Part shown: in pieces, positions 32,540 through 40,702 of the stretch | Position numbering within the stretch: position 1 is the first letter of the stretch | Layout: every line of letters begins with the position of its first letter | Origin: a virus | Direction: 5' to 3' (one strand) | IMG/VR virus record: IMGVR_UViG_3300049211_000017 | Span: 1-46,730 of that record | Length of the DNA stretch: 46,730 nt | Notes under the pieces: generated by a model | The model's input: the letters and a program-made list of their open reading frames with translations, nothing else | Database searches by the model: none | What the model was told of the DNA's origin: nothing | Made by a program: the position numbers and the translations under genes

Positions 32540-32751
32540 TCGCGACGTAGAACCATCCCATCAGAGCGAGGGCCAGGACAAACCCACCGAATCTCAATGT
32601 TTCCATGAACGCCTTGCGTAGCATGATCGTCTCCATAATAAGACGACCAGTAAACCACAACCCCCGACGAAAAGCACCCATCATTCAGGGTAAATCAGCG
32701 CCACGTCCCATCGGCATTGAGCGCACCCTTGTCGGCGTTCTATCATCATCC

Positions 32752-34812
32752 TTAGGTCGCCCACACGCCTGCCGCATCGAGCGCCCCGCTATTGCCGTTC
32801 GCCGCATACCAAGTCGCATCAGGGGTGAACGCTGTGATCACCGCCGCGCGCGTCGTCAGTCCGGTATTCGCATAAGCCGGGAACGCAGCCTGATATACTC
32901 CGAGGCTCTTGGAGAGTGTAACGTTCGGGTTGGGCGATTGTGTCGGTGCCGGCGATTGGCTGGCAAACGACAGAGCGTTCGCGACGTTCCTGGTCACAGT
33001 GCCACCGGTACCATCGGCCGTACCGCCATAGCCGTTGGCCATATTGATCGTGGCTGAGGCGGTAATCCCGCTGTTCGCCTGAAAATCGTTCAGCACGGTG
33101 TTGAAGGCGACGTTCGCGTTTTTAGAACGCAGCAGGTAGATCGCGTTCGCGAAGGTGATGTGCCCAATATTATGGGTCATGTCGATCGCGGTCAGGCGGA
33201 CACGCCCATAGGTGTCGTCGAAGAACAGGAACTGATAATCACCCTGCCCGTCGAGACCGATATTGCGAACCGCGAAGTTGCGCTTGATCGAGCCCACTGG
33301 CATGTCGAGCTTGTTGCTCGTCGGGGCCATGAAATAGACCTTGACGCCATTAGCCGGCGCCGAGGCGAACGTAACCGTGACCTCACCGGTGCTGACGTTG
33401 AACGTCGCGGTGTAGGTGATGCTGTTGACCGTCCCGGTTGCGGTGCCGGCCCCCATATCGATACTCTCGGCGGTTGGATAGGTGTTGCTGCTGCCGACAA
33501 GCAGCTTGACGCCGCTGAAATCGAGCAAGGTCGCGGCCGACAGCGGAACCGTCGCGCTGAACACCGTCTGCGATCCGTTCGCCGTGCCGGCGAGCGTCGA
33601 ACTGGTCCAACCGAGATGCTGTAGATAATCCCCATGGAAGCCGGAACTATAGCGCTTATTGAACGCGAAGTTGTCCTCGAACGTAATATTCTCGAACGAT
33701 CCCGAGCAAAAGTCCCCGTAGATGCCTTCCGCCGTATTGTTGGTAATGATGCAATCCAGTGCATAACTGCCTAGCGCAATCGCTTGCGAAACATTGTAGA
33801 AATCGCAGTCGTCAACCGTGCATGTCCCACGGGTCTTGACCCCATCAACCCCCCACGGCGCGGTAACGCTAGGGCCACATTCAAACCGGCACGAATAATA
33901 TCCGACCCCGCCACCAGCAGAGGAATAGGAGCATAGTGAGCCGGAATAGGTTGGCGTATCGTTGTAGAAGTGAATATCAACCAGATCGATCGGATAGACC
34001 GCAGCAGCGCCTGAGACCGCGCTATCAAAAAACAGCGCCCCCACTTTGAATCCCAACGGCTCCTCGGACTCGACGGTAATCCGACCGCTGCCCGTGGTGT
34101 AGCCACCACTTGGCGGACGGATGCGCCAGACTGCGCCGGTCGGGTTGGAATGGCCTGAGCGGCACTTGATCGTCTCGCCCTTGGCGATTGCGGTCGCCGA
34201 GTTGAGGTAAGTGCGGAGTTGGAAATTGGATGACGTATCGTTCGTGCTGTTGGTGGCAGCGTGGGCCACCCCGCTGGTGATCGTAATCGCGACCGTCTGG
34301 CCATTGTCCAGGGTCAGGTCGTAGCTGGAGCGTGTAAAGACCGCGACAGCACTGCCATAGGTGCCGACGGGAACAATCTCCCCCAACGCATTGACGGTGA
34401 AGTCCGCCATGCCGGTGCCGCTGGCAATCGTCCGCCCGACCCCAACCGGATAGCCGCCATAGCCTTTGTATGTCTTGGTCCCCATGTTGAACGTGAAGGC
34501 GCCATCGGGCGGAGCTGCAATTGCCGCTGAGGCGGTGGTTGCAGATGCCGACAGACCCTGCGCATTAGTCGCGGTCACGGTGCAGCTCAGCAGATGATCA
34601 GTGTCGGCAGAACTGAATACGCGCGTGTTCGCAGTGGCCCCGCCGATCGCCACACCGTCGCGATTCCATTGGTAGGCATAAGAAGGGCTGCCGCTCCATG
34701 TGCCGGTTGAGCATGTGCCAGTGAAGCCCTCCTGCAAGGTCCCACTGATCGAGGGAGTGGCGGTGCAGACTGGCGCGGAATAGATACGCCGCCGCATGCG
34801 GAATTTGGGCAT
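32752..34812 (-). CDS. Tail fibre/tailspike with an Ig-like N-terminal module and a beta-helix body (686 aa from ATG 34812)
   Basis: WSGSPSYAYQWNRDGVAIGGATANT...LSCTVTATNAQG Ig-like repeat, then a long Asn/Gly/Thr-rich coil region. ATGA coupling. Confidence 0.65.
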   Translation of the reverse strand: MPKFRMRRRIYSAPVCTATPSISGTLQEGFTGTCSTGTWSGSPSYAYQWNRDGVAIGGATANTRVFSSADTDHLLSCTVTATNAQGLSASATTASAAIAAPPDGAFTFNMGTKTYKGYGGYPVGVGRTIASGTGMADFTVNALGEIVPVGTYGSAVAVFTRSSYDLTLDNGQTVAITITSGVAHAATNSTNDTSSNFQLRTYLNSATAIAKGETIKCRSGHSNPTGAVWRIRPPSGGYTTGSGRITVESEEPLGFKVGALFFDSAVSGAAAVYPIDLVDIHFYNDTPTYSGSLCSYSSAGGGVGYYSCRFECGPSVTAPWGVDGVKTRGTCTVDDCDFYNVSQAIALGSYALDCIITNNTAEGIYGDFCSGSFENITFEDNFAFNKRYSSGFHGDYLQHLGWTSSTLAGTANGSQTVFSATVPLSAATLLDFSGVKLLVGSSNTYPTAESIDMGAGTATGTVNSITYTATFNVSTGEVTVTFASAPANGVKVYFMAPTSNKLDMPVGSIKRNFAVRNIGLDGQGDYQFLFFDDTYGRVRLTAIDMTHNIGHITFANAIYLLRSKNANVAFNTVLNDFQANSGITASATINMANGYGGTADGTGGTVTRNVANALSFASQSPAPTQSPNPNVTLSKSLGVYQAAFPAYANTGLTTRAAVITAFTPDATWYAANGNSGALDAAGVWAT

Positions 34813-36038
34813 CAGCCAACCCCCAGCAAAAGACTGTTGTAGGAAGTCGAGGACGTGGCCGGCGCAATGTAGGCAACGGATGAAGCTGTTTGCCATGTCA
34901 CCCCCGCAGGCGTTCCTGATGGGCTGTGGCGGATCGCGAGGAGATCGGCGACCGCTGCGGAATAGCTGTTCGTCACGTCCTGCGCGGTGGTGGCGGTATC
35001 GACTACGGCGGCGGCAAGGCTCTGCGCCGAGGTCGCTCCGATCGCCCCGGCCATCAGCGTGAAGGTGCGCGATTTACCAGAGCCTGGTGCTGTTGATAGC
35101 AGCCCGTAAGTCTTGCGGACGACGAACGCGACAGGGGCGATCGCGTGGGTGTTGGACTCGGTGGCCTGGCTGTTCGCCGTGGTGCCGTTGATCGCGGTGA
35201 AGCGGTCCGCCGAGGTCGACAATGCACCCTGATAGTGGTGGAACAACAGGCTCTCGCCGGTCGTCGTCGGAAGCCAGCGCAGGCTAATCTGCGCGGTCGA
35301 GGCAGCAGCCGCGCCGCTCACGGTGACGGAGACGGAAATGATATCGCCAGCCACGTAGGATACCGATGTTCCAACCGTCGAACCGGTCGTGGCCGCATCC
35401 GCGATCGTCACCGCCAAAGCGGAGTCGGCGTTGTTCTTGCGCAGCGTGAAGATTTTCGAGGTTCCAGCCCCAGGCGCGGCGCTCAGGCCGATATAGAGGG
35501 CATCAATCGCCCCGGCGGTCGGCATAACGCATTGCGCCGTCGTCTCGGTCGCGTTGAAATAAGCCCCGCCGAGGGGAGTGAACCCGGCCGTCGATTGGGA
35601 ACCGTGCGCGGCAAAGATCGGACTTTGCCCGCTGGTCGTCGCCTCGAACTGCATACTGATCTGCACGTTCGTGTTGGCGGCCGGAGTGTTGGTAGGAACG
35701 CAGCGAACGTTGACGAGATCACCGGCGGACACCGCGACCGTGTTGCTGATGTCGGCCGCCGTGGTGTTGGTATCGCTGATCGTGCAGGTCAGCGATTGTG
35801 CCACCCCGCCTTTCATGATCGTGATCGCGTAGCTGGTCCCGGCCCCTGGCGCCACCGGGAACTGTACCCGCAGGTTGGACAGCGTTCCGGCAACCGGCAT
35901 CGGGCTGCGTGATTGCGCGTTGTCGTTGGCGTTCCATGCATGCTGCGCGGTCGGGCCCTGAACCAGCGCGGTATAGCGCGTCGCCGACACGGACGGCCCG
36001 GTGGTCGTCAGCGTGGAGAGCATGATCGGCGTCTTCAT
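34812..36038 (-). CDS. Fibre-module protein built from three tandem domains of about 100-125 aa (408 aa)
   Basis: The anchor APGAGTS / APGAGTS / APGSGKS recurs, with matching downstream patterns (..AGD.I.V..). Confidence 0.6.
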   Translation of the reverse strand: MKTPIMLSTLTTTGPSVSATRYTALVQGPTAQHAWNANDNAQSRSPMPVAGTLSNLRVQFPVAPGAGTSYAITIMKGGVAQSLTCTISDTNTTAADISNTVAVSAGDLVNVRCVPTNTPAANTNVQISMQFEATTSGQSPIFAAHGSQSTAGFTPLGGAYFNATETTAQCVMPTAGAIDALYIGLSAAPGAGTSKIFTLRKNNADSALAVTIADAATTGSTVGTSVSYVAGDIISVSVTVSGAAAASTAQISLRWLPTTTGESLLFHHYQGALSTSADRFTAINGTTANSQATESNTHAIAPVAFVVRKTYGLLSTAPGSGKSRTFTLMAGAIGATSAQSLAAAVVDTATTAQDVTNSYSAAVADLLAIRHSPSGTPAGVTWQTASSVAYIAPATSSTSYNSLLLGVG

Positions 36039-36823
36039 CAGATTTTGCTCTTGAAGCCGAGCAGCGTGACGGTGACGGTCGATGCCGCCGCACTCGGGTC
36101 CGCCGCCACCGCCGTATTCGCCGTGAACACCAGCGGGGTTTGCAAGCGATGGACAACGCCGCCTGTGGCCGGAACCGGCAGCGTCATCAATACAGACCCT
36201 GCGGTGCCATCACGCAAATCGACCGTGACGAATGTTGCCGACGAATTGGCGATGATGACATCGGTGATATAGGCTTTGATGCCGGAACCGATCGCCGCGA
36301 TGACGCTGGTCGAGCTGCCGTCTGTGATCGCCGCCAGTCCACGGATATTGTCGCTGAGCGCTTGGCCACGGGTCAGCAGTGCGCCGTCCAGCTCGAACTT
36401 GGCGTCGGTGCGGTCGTTCGCCACAACGTTGGTTCCGCTCGACAGGTCGGCCACCGCCTTGCCGCCGATCTTGACCGGGTTGCCGCTGTCGGCCGCGTCG
36501 TGCGCGACCGGACCAGCGACGGGGGACGGCGTGGTGGTGTCGAGGGCCGCACCTGCAATCGCCTTGAGCAACGCATCATGGGTGCCATCGCCAGATGTCC
36601 ATGCGGCATCGCTAATCGTGCCGAGCACCGCCACCGCAGGATCATCGCTCGCCAGCGTGATGCGCTGCGTGCCAGTGCCTACAACGCCAGCACCCGCCGA
36701 GGCGTCGTTAGCGGTGCCGTCTGCGCCGAGCGAGAGCTTGACGCGCTGGTGCATCACGCCGCCAATGTCGTCGGCCGCGATGGTTGTCCCGGTGCCTTGC
36801 GAAACAGTTACATTATCGGCCAT
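36038..36823 (-). CDS. Fibre-module protein (261 aa)
   Basis: Track ORF, ATGA-coupled to the next gene. Beta-rich with Ala/Thr/Gly composition. Confidence 0.6.
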   Translation of the reverse strand: MADNVTVSQGTGTTIAADDIGGVMHQRVKLSLGADGTANDASAGAGVVGTGTQRITLASDDPAVAVLGTISDAAWTSGDGTHDALLKAIAGAALDTTTPSPVAGPVAHDAADSGNPVKIGGKAVADLSSGTNVVANDRTDAKFELDGALLTRGQALSDNIRGLAAITDGSSTSVIAAIGSGIKAYITDVIIANSSATFVTVDLRDGTAGSVLMTLPVPATGGVVHRLQTPLVFTANTAVAADPSAAASTVTVTLLGFKSKI

Positions 36824-36825
36824 GG

Positions 36826-36854
36826 TTGATAACCTTTCGTATATGTGGTAAAAC
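36826..36854 (+). promoter_or_regulatory. Sigma70-like promoter with extended -10 for HNH gene 1
   Basis: TTGATA (36826-36831), 17 nt, TGgTAAAAC (-10 at 36849-36854). The ATG lies 6 nt downstream with no Shine-Dalgarno sequence, so the transcript would be leaderless. Confidence 0.45.
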
Positions 36855-36860
36855 CGCCAA

Positions 36861-37430
36861 ATGCCAAACCATCAGAACCAATGGAATTACGTGTCCATGG
36901 CTGGACAGCGTTTCGGAACTTGGACGGTCCTGAACGATGAACATCGGAAGCATGGGCGTGTTCACTGCCTCGCCCGGTGCGATTGCGGAGAGGAGCGAAT
37001 AGTCGCCGCGCAAACCCTACGGAACGGCACAAGTAAGAATTGCGGATGCGCGAAAGGAAAGCCCCTTGAGCGCCACGGACTAGCAAGAACATCCACATAC
37101 CAAAATTGGTGCACCATGATGTCGCGTTGCTATAACCCGAAGAATGTCGCCTACCCTTGGTATCAAGCAAAAGGTATCCAGGTATGCGAACGGTGGCGCA
37201 ATTCAGTGGCGGCGTTTGTTGAAGATATGGGGCATCGCCCGACAGCAAAACACACAGTCGACCGGATAGATAACTCGAAAGGCTATGAGCCAGGCAATTG
37301 CCGGTGGGCGACGATGCAGGAGCAGTGCCGAAATCAACACCACCCCTACGTTGACCTGACTGGCCGGCGCGACCTAAAGACCGGAAGGATATTGCCGAAG
37401 TCATCGACTAGTTTGCCTTCGTTAGAATGA
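36861..37430 (+). CDS. HNH homing endonuclease (189 aa), free-standing and antisense to the late operon
   Basis: HTVDRIDNSKGYEPGNCRWATMQEQCRNQ. Visibly lower GC than its flanks. Confidence 0.8.
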   Translation: MPNHQNQWNYVSMAGQRFGTWTVLNDEHRKHGRVHCLARCDCGEERIVAAQTLRNGTSKNCGCAKGKPLERHGLARTSTYQNWCTMMSRCYNPKNVAYPWYQAKGIQVCERWRNSVAAFVEDMGHRPTAKHTVDRIDNSKGYEPGNCRWATMQEQCRNQHHPYVDLTGRRDLKTGRILPKSSTSLPSLE

Positions 37431-37517
37431 GGAGAAGGCCGATCGGCTGACCGGCGGTGGAAGGTGTAGAGGGGGGACTGTTGCGTCCGCCGAGCCCTAA
37501 ACCGAGACCGAGCCGCA

Positions 37518-38000
37518 TTATCTGTTCTCCCCGATGGCCTGTTGTGCCCGGACCCAGCCTTGCAGGTCGATGAGCTTCAGCGTGTTCTCATCCGCCGCCA
37601 GCATCAATGCGACGGCTGATCCGGTAGAAAGGCAGAAAAAGCCTTTACCACAGGGGCCTCCATCAGATCGGCCGGGGGTGAAGGGAACCGGCTTGGCGGC
37701 GGGCACTCCGCGAAGACCGTAGCCTTCCCGCAAGCGCTCGTAGCGAAGAGCAAGATCATCGCGATCGGTCTTATACGCATGGGCGGTTTCCTCACTGGTG
37801 CGCGCGCGCTGGCGCTCTGTGACAAGCATCTCGGCTGCCGCCGCGGCATAGCGCTGCGCGGTGGCAACCTGGATCGCCTGCGCCTGTCCGTCGCGCTTAT
37901 GGGCCATGTCCGTGCGGCCCTTGAGATAGGCACCCGACGTGACGGCGAGGCTCAAGGCGGCTGCGGCGCCTATGGTATATGGGTTGGGCAAGCCGAACAT
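37518..38000 (-). CDS. i-spanin (Rz-like), 160 aa
   Basis: N-terminal TM segment TIGAAAALSLAVTSGAYL, then a charged coiled-coil region. Its start overlaps the holin stop. Confidence 0.65.
   Translation of the reverse strand: MFGLPNPYTIGAAAALSLAVTSGAYLKGRTDMAHKRDGQAQAIQVATAQRYAAAAAEMLVTERQRARTSEETAHAYKTDRDDLALRYERLREGYGLRGVPAAKPVPFTPGRSDGGPCGKGFFCLSTGSAVALMLAADENTLKLIDLQGWVRAQQAIGENR
37604..37780 (-). CDS. o-spanin (Rz1-like lipoprotein, 58 aa), fully embedded in the i-spanin gene in another frame
   Basis: MRIRPIAMILLFATSAC lipoprotein signal with a lipobox-like TSAC. Pro-rich mature part CGKATVFAECPPPSRFPSPPADL. Confidence 0.6.
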   Translation of the reverse strand: MRIRPIAMILLFATSACGKATVFAECPPPSRFPSPPADLMEAPVVKAFSAFLPDQPSH

Positions 38001-38251
38001 TATGGCGCGGCCTCATCTGGCGTGGTGGTGGCCGCCGCCTTGGCGACACCGCGATCTTTAATGGAGACCGCTCCGCCACCACCAGCCAGCAATAAACCCA
38101 TCCCAGTCCCAAATTCTATGATGCTGAATTCATGATTGATGAAGAGATGACAGCCAGCATAAACTGCGCCCGCCACAACAGAAATAACCCAGAGAAGGCG
38201 AGCAGCTTCAATATGCTGATTACCAACACCCTTCAGAAAATTAAATGTCAT
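38000..38251 (-). CDS. Holin candidate, two TM segments (83 aa)
   Basis: LLWVISVVAGAVYAGCHLFI and FGTGMGLLLAGGGGAVSI, with a charged C-terminus. Adjacent to the spanins. Confidence 0.5.
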   Translation of the reverse strand: MTFNFLKGVGNQHIEAARLLWVISVVAGAVYAGCHLFINHEFSIIEFGTGMGLLLAGGGGAVSIKDRGVAKAAATTTPDEAAP

Positions 38252-38289
38252 ATTGCCTTCCTTTTTGAGAGGAATGGCATAAAATAGGC

Positions 38290-38323
38290 GGGCCGGTGCG
38301 GCGTTGAACGCGCCGCCCGGCCC
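38290..38323. promoter_or_regulatory. GC-rich hairpin between the holin start and HNH gene 2
   Basis: GGGCCGG(T)GCGGCG-ttgaacg-CGCCGCCCGGCCC (13 bp, one bulge). On the minus strand it is followed by CCTATTTTAT. On the plus strand it lies in the HNH 5' leader after a TAAAAT box (38280-38285). Confidence 0.6.
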
Positions 38324-38349
38324 TGACCACCACGCGAAAGGACCGCGCC

Positions 38350-38844
38350 ATGGCTGACACCAACACTATCAGAATAAGTGAGTCCGACAAAGCACGCTTT
38401 TGGCACAAAGTTTGCATTGGCACTGATGATCAATGCTGGGAATGGGCTGGCGGGAGAACACTGAAAGGTTATGGAACATTCTGGCTCGCACGACGGAATA
38501 TTCAAGCGTCGCATATTGCGCTTGTCATTGATGGCCGTTCTAGGCCGAATGGCCTTCATGCCCTGCATAGCTGCGACAATCCACCGTGCGTAAATCCGTC
38601 TCATCTGCGTTGGGACACAGCTAGTAGTAATCATAAAGAAAAATGGTTGCGTGGGCGCGGCGTCCAAAACGCACCTCGCGGCGAAAAACATCGTTCGGCA
38701 AAAATAAGCGAAGACGACGTTAAGTCCATACGTAACCATCCTCGCAAGAGGGGGATGCTCAAAGAGATATCTTCCAAGTATGGAATCGCCATTCCGACAG
38801 TTAAAGCTATCAGATGTAGGACGACGTGGAGACATGTCCCATGA
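38350..38844 (+). CDS. HNH homing endonuclease (164 aa), free-standing and antisense to the late operon
   Basis: GYGTFW...HALHSCDNPPCVNPSHLRWDTASSNHKEK plus a C-terminal HTH-like region. Lower GC than its flanks. Confidence 0.85.
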   Translation: MADTNTIRISESDKARFWHKVCIGTDDQCWEWAGGRTLKGYGTFWLARRNIQASHIALVIDGRSRPNGLHALHSCDNPPCVNPSHLRWDTASSNHKEKWLRGRGVQNAPRGEKHRSAKISEDDVKSIRNHPRKRGMLKEISSKYGIAIPTVKAIRCRTTWRHVP

Positions 38845-38870
38845 ACCGCGAATGAGGTGCGACAGCGGGG

Positions 38871-39149
38871 TCACAATCCCGCCTCCATTACGTCGAGAAC
38901 TTCTCGGGTCAGTTTGGTGACGGCGAGGCTGAACATGCCGGTCGCGCGCAGACCATCGATATTGCCCCAGCCGAATATCTGGATTTTTCCATCGATCTCA
39001 GCGCAAGCGACCATGCTTTCGATGTGGCCGATTTCGCCCGCGTCGATTTCATCGGCCATGCGCCGGAATTGGGAAGCAACATCCTTTGCGGATGTCGCGC
39101 GCAGTTTGACGACCTTGGGGCCGGCTTTGGCTTTGCGGCGGGCGGTCAT
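38871..39149 (-). CDS. Hypothetical protein in the lysis cassette (92 aa from ATG 39149)
   Basis: ATGA overlap with the endolysin stop. Confidence 0.5.
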   Translation of the reverse strand: MTARRKAKAGPKVVKLRATSAKDVASQFRRMADEIDAGEIGHIESMVACAEIDGKIQIFGWGNIDGLRATGMFSLAVTKLTREVLDVMEAGL

Positions 39150-39529
39150 GGATAATCCTTCCATGGCAACTGCCAATGAGGACCATCTTTGAATGTGCGC
39201 CAGTCACCGCCCCACTCGATTTCCACCTTTTCCATGGCGGCAGCATCTTTGATAATCGGAGCGAGCGCGTGGTACAGCGGCCAGTCCCAGCGCACTTCGC
39301 CGTCGATCATCGGCGCCAGATCGACGGCGTGACCATTGAGATGCCGGGACTTCATGGTGGTGGTGGCGTGTTTGGCGAACAGCTCCTTCTGGCGGGCGAG
39401 GGTGCGGAGACCCTCCAGCACCGTGAAGTCGATGCTCGACAATGACGCTGCACGCTTGACGACCCGCACTAGGTCTGGGTGGACGCCTTCAAGCCGTGCC
39501 AAGCTACGCGCTCCCAGCGTGATGCTCAT
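39146..39529 (-). CDS. Peptidase M15 (VanY / L-alanyl-D-glutamate endopeptidase-type) endolysin (127 aa)
   Basis: GLRTLARQKELF, SRHLNGHAVDLAP and WGGDW...DGPHWQL motifs. Confidence 0.85.
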   Translation of the reverse strand: MSITLGARSLARLEGVHPDLVRVVKRAASLSSIDFTVLEGLRTLARQKELFAKHATTTMKSRHLNGHAVDLAPMIDGEVRWDWPLYHALAPIIKDAAAMEKVEIEWGGDWRTFKDGPHWQLPWKDYP

Positions 39530-39639
39530 ACGTCCTCCACAGGCGGATACATCGGGGCCGGCTTCAGCCGTTCGTCATCAGCGGCATCGTAAGCCTCGGC
39601 GATCTTTTCCAAGGCGGCATCGATCGGATCGTCGTCCAT
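39526..39639 (-). CDS. Acidic micro-ORF (37 aa)
   Basis: ATGA-coupled at both ends. Confidence 0.35.
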   Translation of the reverse strand: MDDDPIDAALEKIAEAYDAADDERLKPAPMYPPVEDV

Positions 39640-39938
39640 CACTTCCCCCTTTCGAACAGCATATACAGCGCCGCAGACACCGCGATCAGCCAAGCTATCA
39701 GTGGGCTTTTCAGTATCCAGTCGACCAGCTTCCACGCTCCCGCGCGTTCCTGCTGCAACTGCTCCAGCGTCGAGATTCGCATGCCAAGCCTGATCTCCAG
39801 CGCCTCGACCCGTTTGGCGATGTCGAGTGCCAGACCATCGAGCTTCGTCGAGACGTTCGCGACGTCATGCCTGTGCTCGTGGCAATAGCCGGTCAGCTCA
39901 CCGATCTTCATGCTGATCTCGTCGAGCTGGCCACTCAC
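39639..39938 (-). CDS. Coiled-coil protein with a C-terminal TM anchor (99 aa)
   Basis: ...WILKSPLIAWLIAVSAALYMLF. Confidence 0.5.
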   Translation of the reverse strand: MSGQLDEISMKIGELTGYCHEHRHDVANVSTKLDGLALDIAKRVEALEIRLGMRISTLEQLQQERAGAWKLVDWILKSPLIAWLIAVSAALYMLFERGK

Positions 39939-40135
39939 CGCACCCGCTCCGTGTAGATCAGGCGGTCGATCTTCGCCTCGATGATCGCGAGCCGCTCACC
40001 CCGCACCTCCAACGCGGTGATCCTGCTGTTGAACGCGCCGTAGCTACCGACCGCCGTCCCGATCATGCCAAGCACCGCCAGCACGACCGGCGGCGAGCGC
40101 CAGTCATTCCTCGGTGGTTTTGTCGGCTCGGTCAC
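39935..40135 (-). CDS. Single-pass membrane protein (66 aa)
   Basis: PPVVLAVLGMIGTAVGSYGAF. Confidence 0.5.
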   Translation of the reverse strand: MTEPTKPPRNDWRSPPVVLAVLGMIGTAVGSYGAFNSRITALEVRGERLAIIEAKIDRLIYTERVR

Positions 40136-40632
40136 TTTGCAGCGCCCTTCTGATCAGCGGCAGCAGCGTCGCCACGACGACGACGAAGATGAAGAAAATC
40201 GCGAATGCGTCTGCCATGGCCCCCCGCCCAACAAAAGAGTGCCGCCACCTGCCCCCAGGCGATCCAACCCAATGTGTCCAGATAGAGTGTCTTAACCGCC
40301 CAATAGGCATCTCCCACGGGATGGCGCAGCAACAGCGCCAGCGCATAACCGGTATGAATGGTAATCTGGAGGAGATAGCTCACTCCAAGCAGCCCTTGAA
40401 CGAACGATACCGGCCGCTTGAGGATCAGCAGCGCCGTGCCGAAATCCATCGCCATCATCCACAGCCACGGATCATCGGTGTCCGAGACCATCACGAACAG
40501 CCCGATCAGCAGCCAGTTGAGCACAAGCGCCAACGCCGTCCGCGTCATCGGCTCATGATCGCGCCAGACCGCGAACGCACCGACCAGCGCCAGCGCGGCC
40601 ATGTAGGCGATCTCGACCGTCCCAAGTGTCAT
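40132..40632 (-). CDS. Polytopic membrane protein (166 aa, about 5 TM segments)
   Basis: Several hydrophobic segments, with a basic C-terminus RRIRDFLHLRRRRG. Confidence 0.55.
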   Translation of the reverse strand: MTLGTVEIAYMAALALVGAFAVWRDHEPMTRTALALVLNWLLIGLFVMVSDTDDPWLWMMAMDFGTALLILKRPVSFVQGLLGVSYLLQITIHTGYALALLLRHPVGDAYWAVKTLYLDTLGWIAWGQVAALFCWAGGHGRRIRDFLHLRRRRGDAAAADQKGAAK

Positions 40633-40702
40633 TTGCTGGTCGGCTTCGGCTTGGTGGAAGGCTTCGGCTTGCGGGGACCATTACCGGACATATTCTTTGC
40701 TC

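Noticed and set aside
32484-32684. 66-aa minus-strand ORF with one hydrophobic segment at the convergence point of the two operons.
   Set aside because: It overlaps the end of the plus-strand two-TM gene, has no convincing Shine-Dalgarno sequence and is not coupled to any operon. I kept the plus-strand gene as the more likely call, with low certainty either way.
38248-38874. 208-aa minus-strand ORF spanning the HNH 2 locus, which would have kept the late operon continuous.
   Set aside because: It has no recognisable motifs and an odd composition. The opposite strand encodes an unambiguous HNH endonuclease.
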